NCBI GenBank assembly: GCA_963729895.1
Contig: CAVSQB010000029.1
Coordinates: forward strand, 1 to 52,925
DNA length: 52,925 nt
Source of the DNA: an uncultured Fibrobacterota bacterium
GTDB lineage: Bacteria > Fibrobacterota > Chitinivibrionia > Chitinivibrionales > FEN-1185
Direction: 5' to 3'
Numbering within the stretch: the first letter of the stretch is position 1; each line of letters opens with the position of its first letter. Below, one piece after another: positions 19,130-29,207 of this stretch. The position numbers were made by a program, and so were the translations under genes. The notes under the pieces are model-generated. The model saw nothing but the letters and a program-made list of their open reading frames with translations, did not search any database and was not told where the DNA came from.

Positions 19130-19600
19130 GATCAAGATACTATTTTTGTGTGCTGAGCCGGTGCGGCGAATATCAAAATAACAAATTGGGCGCCCCGTCC
19201 CATCGGGACGGCGGCCCTCCCTCCACGCTCGGCCCGTCGGCCTCGGTACCGTTCTTCAACTGAGTCGGGAGTTCCGCTCCCGACACCCTGGCCAAGGGTG
19301 CTCAGCAGCGAGCACCCCTGGACCCCGCGCCGCGCCTGCAGTGGCGCGGATCGCCGCGCACTCCGGGGGGCTGCGGAACAATGGAAAGATATCGAAAAGT
19401 ATTTTCCTCCGGAAAATACGGACTTGTCCTCGCCCCACAAAACCTCCGTGCACGGCTGCGCCACTGATGGCGGAAGAAAGACAAGAATTCCATGTGCCAA
19501 CTGTTCAGCGACATTTTGCGGGTGCCCCCCAACGCAAGATCTGATTCTCGCAAATAAACTCACTTGGGGGACACCCGGCTCAGCCATCCAACAGCACTTG
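19130..19600. repeat. Intergenic mosaic repeat R4
   Basis: Shares the left end with R2, an inverted module-B tail, a GGGGGCTGCGGAACAA block with R5, and the right end with R1. Confidence 0.85.
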
Positions 19601-19622
19601 TCTATTACTGACATTTAACTTA

Positions 19623-20697
19623 TAATGGATACTTATATCAGAAATAGTTATATTATGGTATATGAGACCACACGGAAATCCCAAGCAATTGGAAGCGCGA
19701 CGTCGACAAGCCATCGCCATGCTGCGTTCAGGCAAAACCTATCGGGCTGTGGCGCAGAAATTGAAATCGTCTCTGAGTTCGGTGGTGCGGTGGTATCAGG
19801 CCTATCAGAAAAGAGGTCGAAAAGGAATTCGAACCCAGGCCAAATGGGGACGACCTTCTCTCTTGACCGATCATCAGAAAGAAAAGCTGAAGAAAAAGCT
19901 GCTGAAAGGAGCTGTAGCAGCCGGACACGCCACCGACCTATGGACATTAAAGCGTATCGTACGGCTGATTCATGCCGACTACGGCGTCCATTACACGCAT
20001 GTAGGAGTATGGAAGCTATTACGCCACGATTTTGGCTGGAGCTATCAAAAGCCGCAACGACGCGCTCTGCAAAGAGACGAAAAGGCCATTGCGTCCTGGA
20101 AGCGCAGGACATGGCCCAGTATAAAAAAAAGCCCGAAAACTTAAGGCCCATATTGCCTTCTTGGACGAAAGCGGTTTTTTGCTCATACCGAACGTCCGCA
20201 AAACGTGGGCTCCTGCGGGCTGCACACCGATCCTGCGCCACAGCTACCGGCGTGATAAAATCTCGGCCATCGGCAGTGTCACCGTGTCCCCTGGCTGCCA
20301 CCATTTTGGTCTTTATGTCCGTTTCCATGCCCATAACATCACGGGCACGGAGGTCGTCACTTTTTTGGGGTATTTGTTGCGCCATTTGCGCAGGCACGTT
20401 GTTCTTGTCTGGGACAATGGCCCCATCCACAAGAGAGCAGACGTTAAAGCTTTCCTGCAAAAGACCAAGCGACTTCATGTCAACTGGCTTCCCAGTTATG
20501 CTCCTGAACTCAATCCGATTGAACATGTTTGGACTCATGGGAAACGCGATCTTTCCAACAGCACCCATGAAGATACGTATCATTTGGGATCTCATTTACA
20601 CCGTTCTATTGGCCGAGTGCGCAGTTCTCAAAGGCTCCTTGAATCGTGTATTGCACATTCGGAAATCACTTGGCCATAAATAATCGTGTATCCATTA
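19623..20697 (+). mobile_element. IS630-family insertion sequence
   Basis: TA|TAATGGATAC...GTATCCATTA|TA gives terminal IRs with a TA target duplication. Confidence 0.9.
19662..20679 (+). CDS. IS630 transposase in two frames (19662-20144 HTH; about 20131-20679 DDE) joined at an A8 tract
   Basis: N-terminal HTH ORF. FLDESGF, WDNGPIH and LPSYAPELNPIEHVW DDE motifs. A8 run at 20123-20130. Confidence 0.9.
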
Positions 20698-20746
20698 TAT
20701 GTTAAAGATCAATATTATTTCCGGAACTGGTATCCAATCGCACCAA

Positions 20747-21568
20747 ATGATAAGACTAACCAAAGCATCAGTCAAGAACTTCCGCAAACAAATCCTTGCC
20801 TCCTATAGAACCCATGGCCGGAAAATGCCGTGGCGCGAGACGACCGATCCGTACCGGATTCTCGTTTCCGAAATCATGCTGCAGCAGACGCAGGTTGCCA
20901 GGGTCACCGAAAAGTATAAGCAGTTTGTAAAGGCATTTCCCGGTTTCAAAGCGCTCGACAGGGCGCCGCTCGCCGCGGTGTACAAGGAGTGGCAGGGGCT
21001 TGGGTACAACAGACGCGCCGTGGCGTTGAAGAGAATAGCCCATATCGTTGTTAACGATCACAAGGGCGCGCTGCCGCGCACGCACGAAAAACTGTGCGCC
21101 CTGCCCGGAATAGGCAAAGCCACGGCATCGTCGATCATGGCTTTTGCATTCAACAGCCCCGCGGTCTTCGTCGAGACCAACATACGCACGGTCTTTATCC
21201 ATTTCTTTTTCAAGGCAAAGAAAAGTGTGCCGGACAAGGATATCCTTCCGCTCGTGGAAAAGACTGTGAGCCGCACAAACCCGCGGAAGTGGTATTGGGC
21301 GCTCATGGATTACGGGGCGATGCTCAAGAAGAGCGGAACGGTGGAGAACTCGCGCAGCACGCACTATGTCAAGCAGAGCAGGTTTGAGGGGTCAAAGAGG
21401 CAGGTGAGAGGGAAAATCCTCAAGCTCGTGGCCGAAAGAGATAGTGCTCACCAGCGTGAAATAACCGATGACATCAACGACAAACGCGTCTCCGGAATAA
21501 TCGACGATCTCGTGCGCGAAGGTTTTCTCGAACGCTTGCGGGGACGTATTCGGATACGACGCGATTGA
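20747..21568 (+). CDS. mutY: A/G-specific adenine glycosylase, short form without Fe-S cluster
   Basis: Motifs PYRILVSEIMLQQTQV, WQGLGYNRRA and HhH LPGIGKATA. No Cys cluster motif. Confidence 0.85.
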   Translation: MIRLTKASVKNFRKQILASYRTHGRKMPWRETTDPYRILVSEIMLQQTQVARVTEKYKQFVKAFPGFKALDRAPLAAVYKEWQGLGYNRRAVALKRIAHIVVNDHKGALPRTHEKLCALPGIGKATASSIMAFAFNSPAVFVETNIRTVFIHFFFKAKKSVPDKDILPLVEKTVSRTNPRKWYWALMDYGAMLKKSGTVENSRSTHYVKQSRFEGSKRQVRGKILKLVAERDSAHQREITDDINDKRVSGIIDDLVREGFLERLRGRIRIRRD

Positions 21569-21707
21569 GATACGCATCAGAAGACACGGTTGACCAGATT
21601 TTGCCGGTTGTCTTTTTACGGTCGCAAAACCGTTGCGACCCACTCAAGTGTCCCCAGGTCTTACACTGCATTGCGCATTGTCGTGCGCGACTCGCTCGCT
21701 GTGGGAT

Positions 21708-22868
21708 TCAGGAAAGCACGTCCGCAGTGTTCCGCCACGGTACGATGGCGCACCCTGCCCGCGTGCCGGGCTCGTCCCCGCCATACACCAGGAACATGCT
21801 CCTGCAGGTTTTCCCCGCAATCCTTTTCCAGGAAAGAATTGCCGAAAAGTAATCCGGAGATACCGTACGGCCGGATTTTATCTCAATCGCGGTCAAGGTT
21901 GCGTTTTTCTCAATGACAGCGTCTATTTCAAGCCCGGATTTATTACGCCAGAAATAAAGGGTGTCTATGGCGCCGGAATTGAAAATGGCCTTCTTCATCT
22001 CTCCAACGGCAAACGATTCAAAGAGCTGGCCCCGCGCGGCATTTATTGATAAAGAATCCTCGTTGTCCAGTCCAAGCAGGTAGGTACAAAGCCCGGTATC
22101 GTAAAAATAGAGCTTGGGTGTTTTGACAAGACGTTTTCCGAAGTTGTCGAAATGCGGCTGCAGCAGGAAAATGATATAGCTTGCTTCCAGAATGGATATC
22201 CACGATTTGGCGGTGTTGACCGCTATTCCGCAGTCGGAAGCGAGGCCGGAAAGGTTGAGGAGCTGCCCGGTCCGCGACGCGCACATTCGCAGAAAAAGAT
22301 GAAACGTCCGCAGGTCCTGTATCAAGGCAAGCTGCCGCACGTCGCGCTCGATATAATCTCTGACGTAATTCGCATGCCATGTTGACGGATTGAGCGACCT
22401 GTGGAGCACCGGCGGATACTGGCCGCGAAACAGCACCGTTTCAAGACGCGGGGATTTCTTTTCCTGATACCATTCTGCGTAACTGAACGGCAGAAGGGTG
22501 CAGTTCGCGACCCTGCCGGCAAGACTCTGCGTGATTTTTGACATCAAACCGAATTGCTGCGAGCCGGTAAGGACATACCGGCATTTTTTTCCGCCCCTGT
22601 CAACAATTTCCTGCATGAAGGAAAAAAGGCGCGGGCACCTCTGCGCTTCGTCGAATACGGCGCCGTTTTCGTACCGTTTTAGGAAAGACCTTGTGTCCGA
22701 TTCCGCCGCATCAAGAACGTCTGGGTTTTCAAGCGACACGTACGGGCGGTCGTCGAACACCATCCGGGCGAGGGTGGTCTTTCCCGACTGCCGAGGTCCG
22801 GTTATGGAAATCACCGGGTATTCGGAGGCAAGCTTCTTCAAATACGGTTCCGCGTCGCGTCGAATCAT
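21708..22868 (-). CDS. AAA_14 ATPase with C-terminal DUF4143 (PD-(D/E)xK-like) domain
   Basis: Motifs GPRQSGKTT, FDEAQ, KTPKLYFYDTGL and EIDAVIE...IEIKS. Confidence 0.92.
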   Translation of the reverse strand: MIRRDAEPYLKKLASEYPVISITGPRQSGKTTLARMVFDDRPYVSLENPDVLDAAESDTRSFLKRYENGAVFDEAQRCPRLFSFMQEIVDRGGKKCRYVLTGSQQFGLMSKITQSLAGRVANCTLLPFSYAEWYQEKKSPRLETVLFRGQYPPVLHRSLNPSTWHANYVRDYIERDVRQLALIQDLRTFHLFLRMCASRTGQLLNLSGLASDCGIAVNTAKSWISILEASYIIFLLQPHFDNFGKRLVKTPKLYFYDTGLCTYLLGLDNEDSLSINAARGQLFESFAVGEMKKAIFNSGAIDTLYFWRNKSGLEIDAVIEKNATLTAIEIKSGRTVSPDYFSAILSWKRIAGKTCRSMFLVYGGDEPGTRAGCAIVPWRNTADVLS

Positions 22869-22874
22869 GGCGAT

Positions 22875-22917
22875 AATATACAATGATTGTGGCTAATTTG
22901 CAATTGAAATGCAAATT
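22875..22917 (-). promoter_or_regulatory. Promoter (likely leaderless) with overlapping operator palindrome
   Basis: Minus strand TTGCAA-N17-TATATT-N6-ATG. Inverted repeat AATTTGCA-N7-TGCAAATT at 22895-22917. Confidence 0.6.
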
Positions 22918-23228
22918 TGGCAAGGCCGACTTATGTTTACGGGGTTCTTCGAACAGACCTGCGCCTGAAATCCAAGCTTTTCTTCCGCTTTAACCCAAAG
23001 CTAAAAGACCGGTATTCTCACATTTGGCAATGGTGCTCGGAAATACCTATATTTTTCGTTGAAGCCGAACAAGAGGCGGACCTTGGAAGCGGGAAGACGG
23101 GGTAAAAAATGAGCGTCTGTGGAGCTTCGGCGACATCCTGTAGTCTGCGAAGAGGGTAAAGAAAGTTTCCTCATACGCCCACCCGCTCGCGAAAAATCAA
23201 ATTATCTATCAGTCAATAGGAGGGGGCA

Positions 23229-23891
23229 ATGAAAGCTCTCAAGTACTTTACAATGTTTTTGCAAGTAATATTGATCTGTCCGTTTTTCGCTTCCGCCGCC
23301 GACACCATTTCCGGGACGGTAACTGATTCGCTCAGCGGGAAAGCTATTCCTCTGGTAACAGTAAAGATCGCCTCGCCGTCCTGCTCGACCTACACCGATT
23401 CGCAGGGGAGATATTCTTTCACTATCAGTACGACCAGGACGATCCGCGAGCTTCCGCAAATTTCCTGGAACGCCGGAGGTTTTTCGATCTCCGGTTATGC
23501 CGGCTATGCCGGCGAAGTCCGTTATGAACTCGTCGATCCGGCGGGAAACAAAATTCTCTCGCCTGACCGCGTCAGCCTGTCCGCCGGAGTCTATTTTCTG
23601 CGCGTTCAGTCTGTAAGCCAGACCAGAACTTTCAAGATTATGAACCTGAATCAAAGTTCGCCGGAGTTGAAAATCGTCTCGCCGGAATTTCCGCCGCTGG
23701 CCAGGTCGGCCGCGGCCTCCTATATCCTGACCTACAGTAAAACTGATTATTATGCGGCGACGCGAACCGTTTCCGGAACAGCGACCAGCTTGAACCAGAA
23801 ATTATCGCCGCTTGGCTCGTCAGCCAATCTGAATATCACCAGCGGCAGCGTTGACACGCTGACGGTCACGCCGATTTTTCCCTCTAACTGA
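23229..23891 (+). CDS. Secreted carboxypeptidase-regulatory-like domain protein
   Basis: Signal peptide, ISGTVTDSLSGKAI...TDSQGRYSF, and an internal LSAGVYFLRV. Confidence 0.75.
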   Translation: MKALKYFTMFLQVILICPFFASAADTISGTVTDSLSGKAIPLVTVKIASPSCSTYTDSQGRYSFTISTTRTIRELPQISWNAGGFSISGYAGYAGEVRYELVDPAGNKILSPDRVSLSAGVYFLRVQSVSQTRTFKIMNLNQSSPELKIVSPEFPPLARSAAASYILTYSKTDYYAATRTVSGTATSLNQKLSPLGSSANLNITSGSVDTLTVTPIFPSN

Positions 23892-23918
23892 AAATCTCAA
23901 ATCCTTTAAGGAGGAATC

Positions 23919-24743
23919 ATGAAGAACATTCTGTTTTTAATCACCACGGTAATCGCAGTGCTGGCTGTCGGTTGCTCCAGACAGAGCAACCCGGTCGCCT
24001 ATCGGGCGCCGATCAATAATACATCAGTCGTGACGATGAGCATCTCTTTTCCCAATCCGCCTGTTCTGAAAAAAGAGCTGGCTCAGCCGACTTACGCCGC
24101 CGCTTATGTCAAAGTCAGGAATATCGGGGCGCCGGTCGATTCATTTACCGACAGTATCAGGCTGACTAGCGGTCAGACTTCCGTGAGCAAGAGCTATAAC
24201 GTTGTGATCAATACCGCTTACAATTTTATGGTTTCCGTCTATAGCGACAGTTCCGGACTTCCGCTGAATTACGGAGAAATCGGCGGCACGGTTCCGGATT
24301 CCGCTTCTTTCACGGTAGCTCTGACCTGCGACGCGCAGGCGGAAAAGCTGAACCTGGTCATACCGCTTCCCACGGCAGTCAAAGCTGTCGCCTGCAGCGC
24401 TCAAGTGATGTGGACGCAATATGATTGTTATCCCGCCGAACCGGTTTTCGGAAAAAGCATAAGCAGATTTACTCCGGGATCGGTCGATACGGCATTAGTG
24501 ACCGGATTGATCCAGCTGATCGACGCACCGGCCATAACTTCTTTCACAATCAGCACGACTATCTGGTGCAGTGATGGAAGTTATTACACGGGGCAGGGGA
24601 ATATCGATCTGTCCCCGTCGACCAATAGCTCGCTGACTATCACTTTGACGAAATACGGCGGAGTTGGAACAGGATCCCTGGCCAAATTGGTCATTACTGT
24701 CAATTCGGTGGGAGTTTTGACCGCTACCGTTGTTTTTCCTTAA
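23919..24743 (+). CDS. Beta-rich lipoprotein of unknown function
   Basis: LAVGC lipobox. AAGGAGG RBS. Confidence 0.8.
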   Translation: MKNILFLITTVIAVLAVGCSRQSNPVAYRAPINNTSVVTMSISFPNPPVLKKELAQPTYAAAYVKVRNIGAPVDSFTDSIRLTSGQTSVSKSYNVVINTAYNFMVSVYSDSSGLPLNYGEIGGTVPDSASFTVALTCDAQAEKLNLVIPLPTAVKAVACSAQVMWTQYDCYPAEPVFGKSISRFTPGSVDTALVTGLIQLIDAPAITSFTISTTIWCSDGSYYTGQGNIDLSPSTNSSLTITLTKYGGVGTGSLAKLVITVNSVGVLTATVVFP

Positions 24744-24910
24744 TTAAAGCCCCGGCCTACGGCCAGGGTCGTTCACAATAGCGGATAATATCAATATTCT
24801 CAGGGTAAATTGTTGACTTTTTATCATTTGTTTGTCATTATAATGGTAAGACAAGTGCGGTGAATATCGCCGCGGGATATTAACCAGAACCCTCAAAAAT
24901 GGGGGGAGCT

Positions 24911-25266
24911 ATGAAAAAAACTCTGCTGTTCATTACAATCAATATTTGCATTTTGGCGCTGCCGGTTTTTGCGGCGGCGGATGTATCAGCGGGACGGTTA
25001 TCGATTCGATAATCGGTACGCCGCTTTCCGGAGTCAAGGTGAAGATTTCTACGCCGGCTTGTTCGACGATGACGGATTCGAACGGATGTTTTTCTCTCAC
25101 TATCGTTGCCACTGCGGTCAAGTCTTCAGTTTCGAAGTTGATTTTTAGTTCGGAAAAAGGATTGATCGTTTCCGGCTCTGACAAAGCCGAGATCAATCTG
25201 GTAAATCTCCAGGGAGTGAATGTTTTTTCTATCGCTCGCGAAAACAGAAAATCCCAATTATATTAG
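24911..25266 (+). pseudogene. Frameshifted, truncated paralog of 23229-23891
   Basis: MKKTLLFITINICILALPVFAAAD, then a 1-nt shift near 24984 into ISGTVIDSIIGTPLSGVKVKISTPACSTMTDSNGCFSLTI. Confidence 0.7.
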
Positions 25267-25371
25267 TACTGCGCCGGAAGCCGGCCCCGGATCTGATTTC
25301 CGAGATCCTTGCTTTGCAGGCCACGTGTGGCCGGCCGGATGCCCAAATACCTTTTCAATGTTAGAGGCGGC

Positions 25372-26901
25372 ATGAAAAAAGATACGCTCCTGGTTTTGAA
25401 AAAGAACTTTTGGCTCTCCATCTTGTTTTTCTGCCTGGCATCGTTGAACGGTTATGGCCAGGCGACTGTTCCGTACATAATTGTCAACGGCTCTCCCGAT
25501 TTCAGTGACGATGAAATCTATGTCGGCGTGGTGGGTCAAACCAATGCAGCGATCAGCGCAGGTGTATGGATAGATATCGGAGCGAATGGGAGCAATGCTC
25601 CTGCAGAGAAAAATATCGACACGACGTGGAATACCGTCCACAAAGTAACCGGCGATTGGGGTTATGCGTCGATGTTTACAAAATTGAGTGATATTAAAAA
25701 CCACACGGTGTATATCCCGAAAATAGTTGGTTGTCGGATGCTTTTCTCGTTTAGAAAGCCATTGTATATTCATTTTTTTGCAACCGGCGGCTACGCAGGC
25801 GCGGATTTTCAAAATCCAACGGATCCCAACGCCGGAATCAGGTGGGAGCTTATCGAGCTTGCATGGGCTGATAATGGCATGTGGGTCAATACATCGCGTG
25901 TCGATGCATATCAATATCCGATGGGACTTGAAGTATGGGGCGGCCCCGGCGCAAACAACTCATACATGAAAACGGGCGAATTGTTATCGCACAAAGAAAT
26001 TATCAATCGTTTTGAAGCGGCGTTTCCAAGCGGCGATTTCAAGCCCTGCTATGAAACCGCTGCGTTCGCCGATGATTCGTTGGGTGGCATTATCGTGCAA
26101 CCGTCGAAACTTGCTCAGTTTCAAGATTCGGGTGTGTCTGCCGCCTATTTCCAGAATTACATCGACAGAATATGGAACTACTATTCCACCAATGAGTTGG
26201 TTGTGTCGCTTGGTGTTACAGGCGAATATCGGGGCGGCGTCGATAGCGGAGCTTTAAGAATGATTGGTCCTGGAGGCGTTGCTGCCTGGATCAGCGCAAA
26301 ACCAAATACGCAAGATGTTATAGAAGGTAAAGGGGTATTAGCCGAAGACGTTCTGGCCACTCCCGATAGTAATGCGGATAAGGCTTTTCAGGCAATATTT
26401 TGCGCTGCAGTAAACCGTGGCGTTATAGACTTGACTGTTCCCAGTGGACAACCCCAATACTGGGATAGTGCATCCAAATATTTCACCATCGATACCTACA
26501 ACAAATATGTGTGGTTTTGGCATCAACCCGATATCAGTTACAACTCGAAGTGTTATGCTTTTGCCTATGACGATGTGAACGAGCAATCTTCGACACTGCA
26601 AACGACAATACCCGACAGTGTAAAGGTAACAATCGGAGGGTTCGCCGCATCCGTAAAAACCAAGCATCCTTTGCAGAACGCGCCCGCGCAACGTCTTGAC
26701 ATACTGTCACTAGCCGCCGCCAAACACCTGGACCTCACACTCTATTCGGCTCAGGGAGCAAAACTTGCCATTATTAAGCCGGGGGCAAATATGCTCCGTG
26801 AGGTTACCATGATTGAATCCACGCTGCATGCGGGTTTTTACATTATGAGAATTGAAGATGATGGTATGCACCTTTGCTCAAAACGGGTAATCGCGAGGTG
26901 A
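25372..26901 (+). CDS. GH64-like beta-1,3-glucanase with T9SS-like C-terminal domain
   Basis: Motifs NPTDPN.GIRWELIEL, NTSRVDAYQYP and CYAFAYDDV. C-terminal LYSAQG...LHAGFYIMRI. Confidence 0.85.
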   Translation: MKKDTLLVLKKNFWLSILFFCLASLNGYGQATVPYIIVNGSPDFSDDEIYVGVVGQTNAAISAGVWIDIGANGSNAPAEKNIDTTWNTVHKVTGDWGYASMFTKLSDIKNHTVYIPKIVGCRMLFSFRKPLYIHFFATGGYAGADFQNPTDPNAGIRWELIELAWADNGMWVNTSRVDAYQYPMGLEVWGGPGANNSYMKTGELLSHKEIINRFEAAFPSGDFKPCYETAAFADDSLGGIIVQPSKLAQFQDSGVSAAYFQNYIDRIWNYYSTNELVVSLGVTGEYRGGVDSGALRMIGPGGVAAWISAKPNTQDVIEGKGVLAEDVLATPDSNADKAFQAIFCAAVNRGVIDLTVPSGQPQYWDSASKYFTIDTYNKYVWFWHQPDISYNSKCYAFAYDDVNEQSSTLQTTIPDSVKVTIGGFAASVKTKHPLQNAPAQRLDILSLAAAKHLDLTLYSAQGAKLAIIKPGANMLREVTMIESTLHAGFYIMRIEDDGMHLCSKRVIAR

Positions 26902-27189
26902 TCGCTGGTTTGCGGCTTTATTTGTTTTTCCGGTTTCACCTTCCGGAGAATGTGGCAAGCCGGAAGCCGCAATTGCCTGACGAAGTTCCGCGGGCCGAAT
27001 ACTAATCCGCCCCGTTCTATCGTGTAAAGAAGTCTGGTCCCCATTCCACGAACATTACTGCGACAAAAGCTCAGTCCATACAAACCTTGATCGCGCAAAT
27101 AAAATAATCGTTACAACTTCCGCTCCCGGTCAATTGCCCCCTGAATCGTCTCCCTCGTCTTCTCCCTCAAAGCAACTATGGTTTCAGGC

Positions 27190-27575
27190 TTACTGCCGGA
27201 TCTTTATGAGGCACAGCTGCCCCGTGATGGCGCTTTTGACGCGCCACCCCTCATCGCAGGAACAGCACTCCACGTAGTAGGAGATGGCCTTGAGCCAAAT
27301 TGACAAATGACTGTCCGCCTCCTTCCGGTTTCCCAAGTCGGTTTCCGCTCGGCCCGCAAGATACTCGATCCGCGCGGACCAGTAGGCATTGTCGCTTTTG
27401 TTCCCGATGGCCGCCCTGCGGAGCGAATCGGCCTTCTTGTGCAGGTCCCTTATGTCAAGAATGGGAACATTTTGATACACCGCGTCACGCAGTCTTTCGT
27501 ACGGGGGAGCGAGCTGGGCGGTGCGCCGGTCCGGCCGCCGCGCGCGCCGGTTGCGGCCAGAAAAACCAGAAGCAT
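27190..27575 (-). pseudogene. Possible degraded exported TPR-like gene fragment
   Basis: Signal-like MLLVFLAATGA in one frame and helical ARIEYLAGRAETDLGNRKEA in another. Confidence 0.3.
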
Positions 27576-27701
27576 GGCGATGGGCCGGAGGGCGGCGCGG
27601 TGAGCGGTCCGGCTTCCTCCGGGCGGCCCGATGATCCGGGCGGAGGACTCGTTCCCACGAGTTTGCAAGGCATCAAGAAGATGATTGGGGGGCGCGAGGG
27701 G

Positions 27702-29174
27702 TCACAACTTCTTTTCAATGGCCTTGATGACCGTCTTGATGGTCTTTATCCTCGCGAAGAGTTTGCAGTTTGCCTCCACGATTGTCCAGGGAGCCGCTTT
27801 GGTACTGGTGCGGTAGATCATTTCGTCCACGGCGCTCTTGTAAAGCCCCCATTTTTCGCGGTTGCGCCAGTCCTCATCGGTGATTTTCCAGCGTTTGTAC
27901 GATAATTTTTCCCGCTGCCTGAACCTGCGCAGTTGTTCGTCGGGATCGATCTGGAGCCAGAATTTGACAAGTACAATTCCAAAATCGGCGCATTCTGATT
28001 CGAACTCGTTTATTTCGCGGAATGCTCGTTTCCATTCCGATTCCGAGCAGAATCCCTCGATGCGTTCCACCATGACCCTGCCGTACCACGATCTGTCGAA
28101 GATGGTGATGTGTCCCGCCTTTGGTATCTTTTGCCAGAAGCGCCACAAATAGTGGTGTGCTTTTTCAACATCGTTTGGCGCTGCAACGGGAACGACTTCG
28201 TAGCCGCGCGGGTCAAGCGCCTGCACCAGGCGCCTGATGTTGCCGCCCTTCCCGGCGGCGTCCCAGCCCTCGTACACGATGACGACAGGGATGCGCTTTA
28301 GGTAAATCTCGTGCTCGATCTCGTTGAGCCGCACCTGGTGCTTTTTGAGGCTTGCCTCGTAGGCTTCGCGAGGCATCGAACGGGAAAGGTCGGTTGTGTC
28401 AAGCAGGGGAGGAACCCTGCCGCCGAGGGCAAACGTCCTGACCTGTGTGCGCAGCGTGCGGGGCGCGGAAAGTGCGCCCGAAAGCGCGGCAATAAGAGCC
28501 CGGATGATCTTGACAGAAGCGAATCTGTGATCGGTTGCCTCCACAACGGTCCACGGCGCAGCGGGGCGAGACGTGTGTGCGAACATCTCATCCGCGGCCT
28601 TTGCGTATTCAGCGTATGCCTTGTGCTGTTTCCAATCGTTTTTCGTCACCTTCCATGCCGTAGCAGGGTTGTCCAGGAGGGCGTCGAAGCGCTTTCTCTG
28701 TTCTTTCTTGCTGATGTGCAGGAAGAACTTGATGATGATGGTGCCCCCGTCGGTGAGCTGGCGCTCAAAGGTGCGAATCTCCGCAAAGGTTTTCACCGAT
28801 TCTGGTCGTGATATGGTTCCATCCACTTTGTCGGTGGTGACTCGTCTGTACCAGCTCCTATCGAATATTGCGATGCGCCCTGCGGCAGGAATTCTGAGCC
28901 AAAAACGCCACAGGAACGGTCGCATGTATTCCTCTTGGTTCGGTGATTTGACGAGGTAGACGTTAAAACCGCGGGGATCGAGCGAAAGCATGAGGTTGTT
29001 GATCTGCGTACCTTTTCCTGCCGCGCCCCAGCCCTCAAAAACAATGATCACTGAAATGCCTTTCTCTCGCAATGCTCGCTGCAATTCGCCAACTTCGAGA
29101 TGGAGCCTTGGAATGATAGCCTTGTACTTTTGTTTGTCCATCTTCCTGGAAAGATTCAGTTTGTCAAGACGCAT
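27702..29174 (-). CDS. pap: Polyphosphate:AMP phosphotransferase (two-domain PPK2)
   Basis: Two PPK2 domains: EGWGAAGKG/FDRSWY and EGWDAAGKGG/FDRSWYGRV. Confidence 0.93.
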   Translation of the reverse strand: MRLDKLNLSRKMDKQKYKAIIPRLHLEVGELQRALREKGISVIIVFEGWGAAGKGTQINNLMLSLDPRGFNVYLVKSPNQEEYMRPFLWRFWLRIPAAGRIAIFDRSWYRRVTTDKVDGTISRPESVKTFAEIRTFERQLTDGGTIIIKFFLHISKKEQRKRFDALLDNPATAWKVTKNDWKQHKAYAEYAKAADEMFAHTSRPAAPWTVVEATDHRFASVKIIRALIAALSGALSAPRTLRTQVRTFALGGRVPPLLDTTDLSRSMPREAYEASLKKHQVRLNEIEHEIYLKRIPVVIVYEGWDAAGKGGNIRRLVQALDPRGYEVVPVAAPNDVEKAHHYLWRFWQKIPKAGHITIFDRSWYGRVMVERIEGFCSESEWKRAFREINEFESECADFGIVLVKFWLQIDPDEQLRRFRQREKLSYKRWKITDEDWRNREKWGLYKSAVDEMIYRTSTKAAPWTIVEANCKLFARIKTIKTVIKAIEKKL

Positions 29175-29207
29175 TACTGATCTCCGATAGGATGAGATAT
29201 GTCCTAG

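Noticed and set aside
19625..20683. 352-aa plus-strand and 315-aa minus-strand ORFs across IS630
   Set aside because: Alternative frames of the transposase with no domain signal.
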